The notes below the pieces were generated by a model. It had not been told where the DNA came from. It was given only the letters and a program-made list of their open reading frames with translations, and searched no databases. From Bugula neritina (taxonomy: Eukaryota; Animalia; Bryozoa): a stretch of DNA of 64,000 nt. Numbering within the stretch: the first letter of the stretch is position 1; each line of letters begins with the position of its first letter. Location of the stretch: contig OZ037766.1 of the NCBI GenBank assembly GCA_964035545.1, positions 23,114,767 to 23,178,766 of the forward strand. The letters run 5' to 3'. Below are positions 48,301-63,188 of this stretch, in pieces. The position numbers and the translations under genes are program-made.

Positions 48301-49285
48301 CCATCAACTTATCTAAAGCTTTACTTTCTTCAGCTGGTTTAAGAAAAGGAATGCCTAAAAACAGAAGAACATATCATGGAAAAAGGTACGACAAACTGGC
48401 GATTGCTTGTTTATTAGTAATACTTGCAACTCTACACTTCCTGATCAGATTTAACTACTTAATTACTTCTGTATGCTGCACATGCCCATTGGTGCTTATT
48501 CCACTGTTTACATGTCCTCTGAAGCTCCAAATACAATAAGTTTGTACAAATATAACCACACTGCTTAAATCTAATAGAAACAGATCTAAAACACATTCTA
48601 AGCAAAAGACACATAGCTCATATCTTGAGAATAGTCAATGTTGTATTTTATGGTTGGAAGATGCACAGAATTATGGGATGCATTGACCCACCATTTAAAT
48701 AAGACCTCACAACAAGTCTTAAAGCAGCTTGTAGTACAAAAATGAGGAAAGAATAAAAAAAAGTAGATAAATGCAAAATATGGAGAAAGAGACATACAGA
48801 AATAGACAAGAAAGCAAGTGTGGAAAGAGCTTTAAAAGAAAAGGAGAGTTGAGGAAGAAAAGGTAGGCATGGGGCAGAAAAAGATAAAATGCAAAAAATA
48901 CTTACCATCTCTAAATACTTTGTTGAAATCAAATCCATGAGAGGCTAAGAAGTTGATACAGCTGGTCTGTAAATATATAAAACCAATAATATAACTCTTC
49001 TCAAAATTCGGAGAATTTAATAGTATGTTTTAAATACTGCAATGCCCAGTTCACATTATAGCTTAATATACAAGCATTCGTAGCTGCTGCTGAGCAAGGC
49101 CTTCATCAGATGTTACAGCATATTTCTGTCTACACAGCAATTTGTCAGTAGTTATACTAATCAGCAGCTGGTAAGAATGTAATTTCTTAACCAATAAGAT
49201 TGCAGCTCAACATTTTTTGCAATACTTGAAATAACAAATAGAGGAACTTATTGGTACAATTTATCCCCAGTTATCATTTAGCCAG

Positions 49286-49342
<57 letters not shown>

Positions 49343-52110
49343 CAAAATGCTATTGGAACCAATACATTCTCAATAAATCAAACACGACTCTCGGATAGAA
49401 ACCCATGCAACCAGTAAACAACTCAGTCAATCAGAGCTCTGACAATAGCCAATGAAATTAATTCACAGCTGAAAACACAAATTTGCTTTGGGCATGTATG
49501 AACGTATAGTTAACAACAAACCAGGCTCCTGTGATCTGAAATCAGATAACTATTGAATGCATTGCACTCTAGCGTAAACAGGACAAACATTTAGAGATGT
49601 GTGCGTTACTGATGGTGTTACAGGTGAGGATTACCTGGCACACAAAGTGTGAAGTGTCATCTGATGACGCAGCAGCAGAAGGCAGGATATAGAAGTTGTA
49701 TGGCTTCACCGTGTAGCTACCATCAGACTCCAGGAAGAAGAAACTGAGGCCAACTTGACACATCAGATATTTCATATTACCCTGAATATACACGCAGTGT
49801 TTAATTATTAATACAACAAAATGTCACTGTACAAAGTACACTACAGTCACAAGCCTAATGTGAACACAGAACAACGTAATGTGATTAAACTTAAACTCAA
49901 CGCTATAGGCAAAAACTTGTATAGTAAGCTTTGGAAGACAGCATATGCAAATATTTATCCAGATGAGTGTAGATTTTTATAATAATTACATAAATATAAA
50001 ACCCTGCATAAGTTGTTACACAAAATTATGTGAAAATTCTTTGGGCACATATTTGATTAGAAATAGAGAAAACAGAAGCTTCATAAGTTTAGTTGTTAAT
50101 TTTTAATAATAGAAAAAATAGAATGAGCTAAAACTGATGAAATATACCATACTTATAATTTGGGCTTCTTTTAGAGAAATCGAAGTTGAAACAGCAATAA
50201 ATGTCAACAAAAATAAGCTGACTTAACTCAGCAAGACTGCAAATTTTTTTTAACGATAACTTAAAACAATTCTAAGAAGTACATGTACATGAGCATCTTA
50301 CGTAGCAATATCAAATTGTAGTAAAGAAGGTTCAAGCAATTGCAATTATGAGACAGAAAAAAAGAGCAAACTTTTGAAATTTTATAACAAGAAATATTCA
50401 CAGAGCATGAATTATCTTGTACCATTACAAAAAATATCCCATCCCAATAGTATTAAAAACTTGCTAGATATGCATCTTTGCAACAGATCTCTTTAGACTT
50501 GCTGAAATCTTTTTAGTATAAACTTTTTCCAGTATGCAAAATTTTTCTTATTAAGCATAAAAATACTTTTCTCACTTTACTGTATAACTTTTCTCAGCCA
50601 CTGTGCACATTATTATCTTACAAGTCAGATTTTAAACCTTTTTCTGTATTTGTTGTCTTCTAACCCAATATTTGTCAAAAAACTGTTTTAGCTAGTTTGC
50701 TATGCCCTTTATGGTTCCTGTAAACTGTTATACTGATCATAGTGTTTATATAGTAACATATTATGTAGACCAGTAACTAACCTGTTTTAGTTTTTCATAC
50801 CTTTCATCAATTGTGTCAAATGGCATACACCTAAAATTATCATTTCTGATACCTGTAAAGGCAGAAAGCAAGCTTGTAACAAGGCGAATCACAAGTAATA
50901 TAATAGTCAAAAACCGTTTCCTCTATAAACCTTTGTTATAAGATAATTTCCATATCACACTGCAGTTACACCCAATTGTTAACTGTGATAATAGAGAATG
51001 ATTTTTTAAATGGTATAAGCTCAAAAAACTGTTTTTAGTTAATCTAGATAAATAACCACAAATATTCACTAACTGCTACCAATTACAATGATTAAATATT
51101 TTCATTGTAATTATATTTATCTTCATTAGAATTGGGTTGAACTAAAATATTGGCTAGATACTAATTTCAATAGTTGCATGAAGAAGCATATATAGAGTCT
51201 ATATATCTATTATTTATATCATGAGTAGAGATTTGTACTAATAGTACTACTCGAGATAAGCAGTGGGTACAAGTTGAGAGATATTAATTCACTAACCTGT
51301 GAATTCTCCATCACAGCTTATGAATGAGCAGGTCTTTATGTCTTTTAGAACGGTGTCTAAATGCTCCTTGAAATCTATTTTGAACATATTAGAAAACCTT
51401 ATTAGCCAACACGCAAGTATTTTAATATGTGAGTGATAAGTCAACCTAATTTCATATTAGGTATGCAGTATTTGTAAATCCTATAAATGGAACAAATGAG
51501 ACTTTTTTTATTTTATAGACTATAACATGGTCTGTAGTATATATGTTAACATTGAATTGAATACTATTCAAAATGGACTGTGTGATTGCTTGTGCCCTTT
51601 TCATTCCCAAAGTACGTGACTATTAATTTGGCACTTTGTGTAACTTGAAGATGGTGAGTAATTCTTTACATTTTCTTGTTAATTGCAGAAGGATAACACA
51701 TGAACACAGGATACAAGTAAGAATTCAATATTTGCTATATTCAGTACTTTAATATGCTTCAAGCAATGTTATTTGCTATACAAAAACGAATATGTTCAAG
51801 TGAATATTTAATCTAGTAAACACAAACGGTTGAGCAGTTTTGCTAACTATGACAAAAGTTCTATTTGTGTGACCATTAGCCAGAGCACGCATGACATAAA
51901 TGATTATTGTCATTATAACTTGAGATCAAAAGAATAAAACTCAAAGGTCACAACCTTCACAGACTAAAGTTGACACCTTTTGCTGAAACAAAGACTATTG
52001 ATGATACTTTCATAAAAAAAGGCAAGCAGTTGCAGTAGCTAATCTCAATTATGTTTTATATTTATAGCTACATATATTGAATAGTACCCACTTGATCGTG
52101 AGACTTCCAT
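39371..52110 (-). CDS. PARN: Poly(A)-specific ribonuclease PARN (DEDD nuclease with R3H insertion and RRM-like domain)
   Basis: Exons: 52110-52092, 51374-51297, 50852-50782, 49781-49635, 48966-48906, 48354-48201, 47699-47592, 47139-47019, 46572-46438, 46263-46220, 45690-45572, 45424-45244, 44159-44104, 43708-43622, 42961-42890, 42776-42557, 41784-41726, 39429-39371. Starts MEVSRSNFK; ExoI [43 protein letters not shown]; ExoII LVGHNMLLD; ExoIII FHDAAYDS; RRM-like HITFPPSW..IYIKWIDAKSAMV; ends KLFQEEDSW*, resembling the vertebrate PARN C-terminus. Confidence 0.93.
39897..40110 (-). mobile_element. tRNA-derived SINE (same family)
   Basis: Reverse complement gives GGGCAGCCGAGGTCTAGGGGTTAGGGCG..GGGTTCGAGCC, the SINE body, and a GCGTGAGTTTTTT end. 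Confidence 0.85.
40475..40688 (+). mobile_element. tRNA-derived SINE (same family, more diverged)
   Basis: GTAGCCGTGGTTAGTGGTTAGAGCA head, CATTCAGTCATAATTGCTTCTGTG body, CCCTTTCCATCAGGGG..GACTATAAAC..TGAGTTTTT end; the B box is degraded. Confidence 0.8.
41826..42022. repeat. Intronic minisatellite (TACACTATACACAC family)
   Basis: Visible tandem units. Confidence 0.85.
43400..43616. repeat. Intronic minisatellite, about 23-bp unit, abutting a PARN donor
   Basis: CACAGTACTAACTACAGAGTAC repeated about 9 times. Confidence 0.9.
43773..44045 (+). mobile_element. tRNA-derived SINE with (GAGT)n tail
   Basis: GCAGCCGTGGTCTAGGGGTTAGAG..GGGTTCGAGCCCC head, full body, tail expanded into (GAGT)n; near-perfect flanking duplication ATAATGATAACA and ATAGTGATAACA. 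Confidence 0.88.
45742..46005. repeat. Intronic minisatellite, about 58-bp unit
   Basis: AAGTACGTGAGTCACTGTGAATAACTATGAGTAACTGAATCATTGTGAGTAGACATACT repeated about 4.5 times. Confidence 0.85.
49289..49338. repeat. (TA)n microsatellite
   Basis: Direct reading. Confidence 0.95.
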
Positions 52111-52439
52111 GTTGAATATATCGGGCTGTGATGTACTTCAGAGTATAATTCAGAGATTCTGATTGAGTGTAACTACAAAGATCATGCATAACGTAAGATA
52201 GTAGATATTAGAATGGTATATGAGTACATAACTATTCAGCATTTACTATATACAACACTCACTTATACACTTAGTATTATTGTTGAGTTTTACACTGTGG
52301 TTGATTTATAAGCTCTCAATATTAATCTCCTCAAAAATTATAATTATGTCTCTTCTATCAATCATCATACCTATAGATTTTTCTATCATATTTTTTATCA
52401 ATATTATTGTCATAATTTAAACTTTCAATAATTATTTAT

Positions 52440-52980
52440 ATTTCTATAACAGACTTCCAGGAGTCCAAGAATATCACAAGACTTTCCCATGACCGCATAT
52501 CAATTCCAGCGCTCTTCATTTCTCTTTCTTGAGTGCCCTTGAAACGTAATCTGGGACAACCCTGGGGTCTGAAGCCTTCTGCACACCCTTCATACAATAG
52601 ATCCTTAGCAATGCGGCTATCTTTCATTCGACACATATGTCCCAACTAACGAACTTAGGTGAAGATTGTAACCAGCCTAGCTCGTTGCAAAACTTCAGTG
52701 TTGAAAATTTTGTCTGGCCATTTGATCCAAGGTGCAAAAATGAAAACTGTTAAGTTGCTTTTTTTGAGTGCCATAAGATATCCAAGTTTCACTAGTGTGG
52801 AGTAGTGTGGGCAACACACAAGCTTTATAAACATACATCTTTGTATTTGCTGACAAACTGTTTGTCCACACTCTTGTGTAGCTTGGATATTACTGCAAAA
52901 GCTTTGGTAATCTTTGAGTTGATCTTAGGCTCAATGGAAAGGTTTGTGCTGATGACAGACCCTAGATGCTGAAATCTATC
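52440..52980 (-). mobile_element. Degenerate RTE-type LINE 3' fragment (RT C-terminus)
   Basis: LGHMCRMKDSRIAKDLLYEG..RPQGCPRLRFK..MKSAGIDMRSWESL, and upstream FQHLGSVISTNLSIEPKINSKITKA, resemble the RTE/BovB ORF end; frameshifts and stops are present. Confidence 0.8.
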
Positions 52981-54199
52981 AATTAAGTGTATTATTAGTA
53001 AATAAATTTAGCCACACTAAATTAGTCATTACTAATTTCAGTTTTAAATAAATTCAAATAAACCAAAAAAGTACTTTTATCAGGCTTTCATTTTGAAGTT
53101 TTATTAACCAGTAAAAATTTACTTTCACATTAATCTTCAACTGGAAGCCTTAAAACTAAAGTTTAAGACTTAAACTTGACTTACAGTTTGAATTTCAATT
53201 TAAACTTCAACATGTTTCTAATTACATTATGAACGTGACACTAATAACAATCACTGTTATGATGGTATAATGGTGTTCATATTGATAATTGATACTACTC
53301 TAATTTGAAATTGAAAAAATAATTTAATTGAAATGGCAATAGCCAATAACTATAACTATGAGTTAATACTTAATATGAATAAGTATTAGTATAAGCATAA
53401 CTATTTCGATTAACATATTTGTTTTAGCTGACATTCATGATTCGGAGTGTAACTGCCCTCCTAGGTTGATATGAAAGTTCCATACGGGTGTATGTTTTAG
53501 TGTAGATAGTTTATTTATTCACACTGTTCACACCGTAAAACTACAATTTTACAAAACAAAATGATTAAAATATGATAGAATAAGGGTAAATTAAACACAG
53601 AAAAGTACATAAGATAATTTGATAAATTGCTTGTTTTATAATTAATAAAATATTCAACATAATAGTATAGATTAGCAAAGTTATAATATATAAAAGCATA
53701 CCTCTTTCACCTTTTCTAGGAGAGTTAGTAGTATAAAGAAAGAAATATTCTATACGATGCGTTTGTAAAAAATAGCTGATATTATGTGAGAGTAGACGAG
53801 AATGGAACCTTGATGCTCGAGGGTTCTTACGATAATGTCCTGGCTAAGTGTATTTTAACTGTTTTTGTCGTCACGTGTAAAGCTAATGCACTCAGTTTCT
53901 TAGTCATGATTTTTGAGTGCGGCCAGTGCAGAATAAAACTTGCAATGCACCTAGTGATACTAAAATGGTCTTGAAGATAAAAACAGTGACAAACAAGTGC
54001 TAAAGAGTACACTAAGGATGGGTGATTCATCGCTGTTGGAATATGTGACAACACAAACGCAGCGGGGCAATGCCAGTAAATGCTAAATTGCTAATTGATA
54101 TATATTATAACAGCTATGAACAAATTGGCAGCAGAGTGTCACTAAGCAAACTAAATAAAACCAAATTTATGAAATTTTACCATTTATTATAAAGGACAC

Positions 54200-56340
54200 T
54201 ACACGGAGCCCAAGACAGCCTTCAAGCAATACCACAAAGCAGATATGGGTAACTTCCAGAAAGTACTACAAGAGATAAAGCATGAACTAAAATTCATGAA
54301 TGGTGTGGAAGCAATGTGGAGGCTTGTCTCTAAAGGTATCCGACAAGCAATCAGTGACTTTGTTCCAATGACAAAACAGACTGAGTGTAAATGAACCTGT
54401 ATGGCTCAAAAAGAAAGGAAACTGGCCTGCAAGCAAAGGAGGCTTTACAACAAATACCAAATGAGCAAGAATGCATATGGCAAGCAACTTTTAAACAAAT
54501 TAAAAATTAATATATTGAAACTTGGCTATGCAGACCACTTCAAGAAGGCAATAGCAGACCCTTCTACAGACTTCTGAAAGGTACAACAAGCTCAAAAAGT
54601 CAAATGAAGTTTGTTAAGCAAAATTGACAGCTCATCTCTCACTATACACAGAAATACTCGACTACTATCATTTCAACAGACAGTTCACCACAGATCATCA
54701 ACTATCCATATATAGCTCTAGCACCCATGCAGGAGTTCCCCGTGTATCTGCCTCTAAAGTAGCGAAAATGATACAGGATTTAGAATAGGAAAAACTTCAG
54801 AACTACATAGCCTCCAAAAAGCTGATTTGAGTACAGACATGGAACAAACTGCTGCCTGTCTCAGTCACATCTTTCACATTTCTCGTACAACTTGAAAGCT
54901 TCCATCAGAATGGAGGACAGCCAACATCTCACCTTTTAACAATTCAAGATTCACAGACAACATCAACAAATATCAACTTATTTTATTGATAAGTAATCCT
55001 TGTAAGATGTTGGAACATTTGTTGAGAAATCTGCTAGAAAAAATTGACATCAAGCTAAACATTAGGCAGCACGAGTTTAAAACAGGTTTCTTTTGCGAGA
55101 ACGAGAACTTTTGCAACTACACACGATATATTCCATTGTATAGATTCATATCAAACTGCTCATGCAGCTGTTTTAGACTTCATTAAAGCATTTGACGGAG
55201 TGATTCATACCCTTCTAATGAAAAGGCTATCAGAAATTTCAGGTTTAGATTAATACATCCTACACTGGACTAACAACTTCTTAGCTAATTAAACACCGAG
55301 ATGAGAGAATGGTGTTGCAAGGTCATGCCTCAAATCCATTACCAGTTCCCTCAGGTGTACCACAAGGATCGGTTTTGATCCAATACTCTTCCTCATCTTT
55401 ATTTATGACCTGCCTGAATGTCTTGATTGCTCATGTGCGTTATTTGCTGATGACACGGTTGTCTACAAGAAGATAGCCTCATTGAGTGACTAAAGTTGCA
55501 ATGAAGTCTGGATTCTCTTGGTGCGCGGTCAGACAAGTGGGGTATGTCATTCAACATCTCTAAAAGCAAAATAAGAAGCTTCAACTCTGTAGGCAATACT
55601 CCCAACTACATGCTGGATTATGTAGACTCTACAAAATAGTTGGATGCCACAATGCAATCAGATTGCAGGTTCCACACACATATATCAAATAAAATACTAG
55701 ATGCTAAAAGACAGTTAGGCACGACTAAATGAGCTTTCTACTAGGCCATTGAACGAGCACAATTGATTGCATACAAAGAATTGTGCCTACAGCACCTTGA
55801 GTGTGCCAACGCAGCTTGGGACCCAACTTGCAAGAAAGATATTTCTGTCTTAGAAAAGATACAAGTGAATGCTGTATGATTCATAACCAATATTAGAGGC
55901 TGTGAAGATGCCAAAAGTGCCATGAAGACTGCCTACAGCTCCTTAAACAAAGAAAGAGAGCTAGACGTATTAACCTCCTTTTGGAGATTCTAGCAAAAGA
56001 AGAACATCTGGATCTCAGCTCTACCTATGATGATCTGTTGAACAAACGGCACTATGCAGACTCGATTAGTGTGTGCCAACAGTACCAATACTTGAACAGT
56101 TTTCTCCCAAGGACTATCAGGAATCTAAGGGCCGGTCACAATCAAGGCAATAATTCAGAGATCTCCGCATAGACCAGATTAAATTCCTGTTCAATCAATA
56201 CAGCCCAATGAGTACTAACCGTATGACTATTGACCAATGACTGTCCCAACATATTACTTATATGCGGCACAGCCCTTCCTCTTTCTAAAGCGGTTTAGTG
56301 TGATGGTCACTTCGAGTAAAAACTATGAAGTATGAAGTAA
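54200..56340 (+). mobile_element. Degenerate CR1/L2-group LINE (reverse transcriptase pseudogene)
   Basis: Broken frames give LPSEWRTANISP, LISNPCKMLEH, LDFIKAFD, VPSGVPQGSV, LFLIFIYDLP, LFADDTVVY, WGMSFNISKSK, AAWDP and NSFLPRTIR; a short TGAAGTA repeat tail lies at about 56325-56340. The 5' boundary is approximate. Confidence 0.85.
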
Positions 56341-58779
56341 TCTTTATCATAAATATAACTAATCCATTCAGGTGTTCAAGTGATCAACTAGAAAAAAAAC
56401 TACTACTAGAGCTACTACTAGTACTGGTACTGATACTACTATTATTAGACCATTACTATTAGTACTAGGCCTAGTACTAGTAGTAGTGCTCTAGCTTCTC
56501 AAATCTCAATAATGAATCAACTACTTACTACTACTATTAGCACTACTGCTACTACTAGTACTAGCACTACTAATAGTAATACTAATAGTAGTAGCTAGTA
56601 CTAGAAGGAGTGTTACTAGTACTAGCAGTAGTAGTAGGTCTACTACTGTACTAGTAGTGGTACTGGTAGTGGCAGTAGCAGTAGTATAACTATAAGTATA
56701 TAGATATTATTAATGTTATTCAACATTAATAATATCTATATAAAATTAAATAATAAAATATAACTATAATATCAATATGAATATATTAATAACAATATAT
56801 AATAGAATTTTAATTAAATTTAAATAATATTCATATTTCATTATCATCATGATTATGAAACTTAAACCCTAAAATAACAAATGTTTGTGTATCAGTATAA
56901 GTGACAATCACAATATGATTATCGCTATTCATTATTGTGTGCATACATCTCTTTTCTGAAAAAGTGCTCAATTTCAAAGTGTTCAGCTAGGCTTAGTAAT
57001 ATTCTATGGCCTCATCAAAACTCGCACAACTGCGATTTGCAAAGCCAAATGTACAACCGCATGCTTGGAATTTCCTCTGGTGAGATACTACGAGCTTAAC
57101 CTAAGTTTTTAACTAAAATTATCTGCAATAAAAAACGGTACGTTCAGCAAGTATTTCAGAAGCAAAGCCAATGTGAACTTTAACGCTTTGAGCAAAGCTT
57201 GTCCACTAGACTTTCAGTGAGCCATGAGAAGGTCGTTAGTAGCAGCACCAAGTTGGGGATTACTGAGTACAGTATTTGTATATACATCCAATGAACTCAA
57301 TAATATTATATAATATTATATGACATTATAATATTATTATATATTCTTTTCCAGTTCAGTGTGCACATCAGTGTCCGAACTCCAAACCTGCAACTCCAAA
57401 GTAGGGACCATTGAACTATAACCCCCCTTATAGTTTCAGTTCAGTGGTAGGAACCAACAAACCGCACCCTCAGACACCAACGACTCAGTGCTGCTTTATG
57501 CGATTTTCAGGCAATTACACCGATAGTAATTAATACTAAGATAATATTATAGAATATAGAGTATACTCTATGGACTATTATTACTAAATCCAATTCAAGA
57601 GTTATTCTGCTTGATTTTCTACAAAGCCTTTTATTCCACATTGTGTCCCTTTGAAAAAAATATAATGAAAACATGCATTTGATTTAATGTATGTCAAATA
57701 GTGTGTCTTTTTTCTAATTTTAGGTTTATTTGTTGATACGTTTACGTGTGAGTTAACCCAATCCTTGGACATTGTGTAAATACATAAAACTGCTTTGAAA
57801 AATAGATTGCCATAGTAAGTCCACCTACATAAGCAATAGGTCAGGTTCAAAGCATTGCCTAAAAAAACGTTTTGAATTAAAAAAAAATTGACAAATAACA
57901 TAATTTTAAAACTATATAATTACTCGCTTAAATAACATAATTATATAATAATTATTGTAACTATGATATTTTATTAGTTATCATCGTGAAATGCTAAATT
58001 TTTGGAAATATTTTCACACTTTTATTAGCATTCAAGGCTATTCCTTTTTTTTGTTCAGCCAATCTGTTGAAAATTTATATATCAAAGCTAAACTTAATGC
58101 AATTAAATTTTGACAATTTGCTGCACTGAGAGCAATTATAGTTGCACAAGGTGTCTGAAAACCAATGCTGCGAGTAATTATACAGCAAAAACTGGTGTAG
58201 TTGTAAATGCTGCATAGTGTGTGGGTAAGTTACTATATAGCTAATTGTGGATGCTAGTCTACACACATATCCAGAAATGACAGGGTTTACACTTGATAAG
58301 ATGGCAAGTTTGAATGTAACTTTCAATTCTGGCATTACTTAGAGTTCAGCTAAGCGCCTACACATTGGCAAGTTATGTAAAGCTGTGATGTGGAGCTCAA
58401 GCTTAAGTTGTGGTAAATTGTGATACACATGCAGAGGCAATGTGATTAAACTCTACACATAATTACATACATTTTGTCATTGCAGTTTATAATAGCATTT
58501 CATTGGCCATGTGCGCATGCAGTTCAATGGGTTTTCTAATAACATTAGCTGCTATATAAAATCCCTTGTATAAACAGCCAATCAGAAACGGCCTACTGCT
58601 AAGTTTTTAGTGAACTGCTAATTAATTGCAAGTCTCAGAACGTGGTGATCAGCCATTGCATAATACTGTAGTTATTTTCTAAATCATTGTTCATACAGGC
58701 AGGATGCTATTTTACTAAGGATTTTTTCTTCTTATTAAATCGGGAAGTTTGTCCGCTGCTAGGGAATTCGAATGTTATA

Positions 58780-61700
58780 ATGCAGTTCCTGTCTGACTCT
58801 CAGTCTGTGCCGTCCTGTGATTCTGGACTTTCTTCAGAGCACACCAGTCTGTCACAGAACGACCTTGACAAGTTGAAAGTCATAGCAGTCAGGTTAAACT
58901 TGCAAACCCGCAGAGGAAGTTACATGACATGGCGAAACAAACTTGTATCTAGTCTATGTGGTCAGGGTGAGACCGAAGACAACGTAGAGGATCTCCTCGT
59001 AACTAAGGACGTAAATCAAAACTCAGTGAAATATGATGAAGGCGAGAAATTGAAGAGTCGAGCAGAAAACAATGAACTGATGATAGCAAAATGGCAAAAC
59101 ATGCATAAATCCATTGATTTCATTCATTCGGAGCTGGTTAGTTATTCTTATATAAGTTCAATTTCAAAGTAGTAATTCAGCCAAAATTTTTTACTTTAGC
59201 ATTAATCAATTTTGAGGTTATTTTTGCCTTTGAGCCAATTTTGAATTAATCCATGAAAATGACATTCTTTATGTTTAAACTTATTTCTCATAACCTTCAT
59301 GTTATCTTCAGATAGAAAGATTTCCTAGGGGATTACAGACTTTTTCCCTCAAACCATGTTAGCAGCAGTACCATAGTGTAATTATAAATTAGTATAAAGG
59401 TACTTTCTAGAATGCTCTTCTTTACATGACCCCACTAGGGTTGATTCACCCTCTTAGCTGCCTCACGTCAGTGTACTAAGAAAATGCTTAATCTATCCAG
59501 TGAACTATTTCTTAAGCATCGAACTAAAACTAAGCCATAAGCCAATGAACATAGCATTGATTGATAAGTATCAGCATTGAAGTAATGAAATCTATGACCA
59601 TGTAAAATTGATTTTCCATTGTATTTAATGTACAATAAAATGGTCATAATTATTAATTCAAAACCTGAATGATCCTTCTACATATTATGTGTAAAGATAA
59701 TGTCATATAGAATTTTACAAACTTAATAATACCAGTAGTTTTCAAAACAGAATATAGTGTTTACATGGTTTTAATGCTTTGTTGCATTGAGAGATTAAAG
59801 TATATTATGTATTTAAAAGGGCTTTAGTAAGATTTCTAAATTTACTGTAACATTGCACTGCGTGAACCTTGCACCACTGAATGAGCTCTTTATAACAACG
59901 TGAAGTATGCTAATTAGTACAGGGTAGTGACATCTTAGTAGCATTATACTTACCATATATTATCTTAGGTAACCTTGAATAGATTTTTTTATTGAGTGTT
60001 CTCACCCACTACTATGTTCTTAGTGTACAGTATGGCTTCATTTAACAGGTTGTTGAAACTGGCTTTACATAATGAGATCATTCTAAGCATGCATCTTGTT
60101 CACAATTTTAAAACATATTTAAGGCAGGGTTTCATTGTACTGGTTGCTCCATCTGCGGCTGAACCCTTCTCACTCAACAATGTCAACATTGTTCTCTTAT
60201 AACTTAGCAGACATTTCCTCTAATAACTCAGAATCAATCCGGTATTCAATGAAATTCTATAATCTTCCAAGACAGAGTGTTGAGGCATCCACTTTAAACT
60301 CTACTATATATAAGCAGAAGTAATCAGCTTTCATGACCCATGAAAAAGTTTGCAAGACTTCCAAAAAAGCTTCAGTTACGACATTTTTTGTTTCAGATAC
60401 AAATTAGTTACTGTTAAAGTTTCAATTATAGTAAAAGTTACAGCAACGGAAAAAAATTGAACTTGTTACGGTAAAAGTTACAGTAAAAGTTACAGTTGCA
60501 GTAAAAGTCACACTAAATATTAAAAGCTAATAAGCCTATTAGTGCCATAAGCTTCAAATAAGTTTGTAAATACAGCCTGTAATATATTTAAAATGAAAAA
60601 TGTTGGAATTTTATCAACTAAGGTTGAGAACAGAGTGAGATGAAATCATTTAGTGTTGTAGCCTTTAATCTGGTCTTTATATTTATATTAATATATACAT
60701 TTATGTAGGACTATAACCTGCACCTTCCACAGATAACACTGGGAGCTATGCTATGAACCTCAAACTAACTTTGTGTTTATGAAAAATTAATCTATTGCTG
60801 GCGGTAATCAGGTGGCCTGCTTAGAAGTCAGCAGGGGTGAACGAGATAATGAACTAATAATATATTATATATATAGATTGTTTATTATTTTCATACATCT
60901 GCTTATAAATTATTTGTGTAAGCTCAATATATGCAGCTATAGAAACATATAGCAGATATAAAACAAACCTTAACTGTTATATATTGTCTTTATATATAAC
61001 AAAATAATTGTAAGTTGCTAATTATTTAGACTTATATTTTCAACTTTGCACACTATCAATTGCTGAAAAGCTATAAGTATCAAATAATACATGATCTACA
61101 GATATAATCTTATTTAGAAAGATTTGATAGATTTTAAATTTTTTCTCGCCTATTCCCGCTTTGTCCTGCTCGGGTATCTATCTATCTATTTGATAGATTT
61201 TAAATTCTGTAGTTTTATTTATCATTATAAACCTGTTGGAATTGCACAAAAACAATAATTATAGATGGATATATTTTTATTTGATAAAATATTTGTATAT
61301 TGAATAACAATTTATGTACAAAATTTATAGTTATTTTTTGTATTTCCTTCATGCATTTCTATAGTATGGGGCAAGATTCTCACATGTATTATAGTTACAT
61401 GGTAGTTCAAACAGGCCATAACATGTTATTAACTAAACTCTTGAAAACTAAGTATTTGTTTTATTACACTTTTGACTGGCAATAGGTGCAGTGAATCCAT
61501 TTATCTATTTCACAATGCTGTATAATATCACATAAATTCCTGGAGAGATGTCATTGCTTGCATACAGTATGAACTAAGACTGATTAGAGTACATGGTTGC
61601 ATAATATATAAACATACAGAATAGGCAATAATATAATATACTTACAGATATAACTTCAGTTTATCAATTGGAGAGGTTAATAGCAGATAGGAGCTCTTTC

Positions 61701-62373
61701 ATCATTTTACTAACTGTAATTTATCCTCAATGGGTATAATTGATATGCTATGTTTGTAATTATGGTTTATTTCAAGTTAGCTTTATCTCTATAAATATAG
61801 TTCGGAAATATCATTCAGGGAGTTATGATAACGGTTACATAGCAGTATATCCTGTTATAATATTAGTATGAGTGAATAGTATATATTAATTATATTATAA
61901 CATAATAAACACACAGCGCACACACGCACAACACATGCACACACACACGCACACACACTTTAAACAAGTTTTTATTTTTTGTAGAAGGCTATTTGTTGGT
62001 TTGAAGTTTGTATTAAAATAAACTACTTCAGTTATTGGGTAAACAGCTACTACCATGTTCACTTGTTGCAGACATGTTGCATATATAAGCTTAGCTGAAT
62101 GGAGACTACTTGTTGTTGCAGGCGCAAATGAGGCAACAAGATCAGAATCTTGCACGACAGCTTGTCTCTTTACGTAATGAGATGCAACAGCTTAAGCTAC
62201 AGCATTCTAAACAACTATACGATGATATGGTGGACGATGCCCAATGGACCATAGCAGAAAACGAACAGCTTGAGGGGGTGTGCGATGAGCCACGAACTCT
62301 AGATAAGAATCCTCTGCTAACAATAGGCATTACCAAAATGAATCTTACTGAAAGACGGTTTTCTGTGTTTTAA
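58780..62373 (+). CDS. FAM167A: FAM167 family protein (FAM167A-like)
   Basis: Two coding exons, 58780-59136 and 62122-62373, with a phase-0 GT-AG intron. DLDKLKVIAVRLNLQTRRGSYMTW and SIDFIHSEL|AQMRQQDQNLARQLVSLRNEMQQLKL...PLLTIGITKMNLTERRFSVF match the conserved N-terminal and C-terminal FAM167 motifs. The exact start codon is uncertain. Confidence 0.88.
61141..61187 (+). mobile_element. 47-bp 5'-truncated retroposon end with (TATC)n tail and 19-bp target-site duplication
   Basis: ATTTGATAGATTTTAAATT occurs at 61122-61140 and 61188-61206, flanking a GC-richer insert that ends TATCTATCTATCT. Confidence 0.7.
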
Positions 62374-62779
62374 TAACTATTTTTGTATTTATGAGTTCTT
62401 AACTGTTCTTTAAGATAATTGTATAACCACCGTTAGTTTTAACTTAAACATCACATATCTCACACCTCTTTGATTCCATAACTTGAGGTTATAAACTTAT
62501 ATAAATAGTCAAGCAAAATAAGATGTAGAAGATTAAATTATTTTTATACCAATATTGTAGAATATATACCATAAGTTATACTATAGTACTATTGCTTTAT
62601 TTTTTTATGTTCATCTTTTATTTAATAATAATTATGACATATATAATTTGAAATTTATTTTAATATAAAATGTTACATATTAAAATACAATAAGATTCTA
62701 CTTTTTTGAAATCAAAATTTTTTTAGATATTTTGCAATGATGAGATCTTGTCATTACAACTACCACCAGTATTTATAAT

Positions 62780-63188
<409 letters not shown>

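Noticed and set aside
49075-49120. CTGATGA on the minus strand as another hammerhead
   Set aside because: No stem II followed by GAAA, and no stem I or III pairing.
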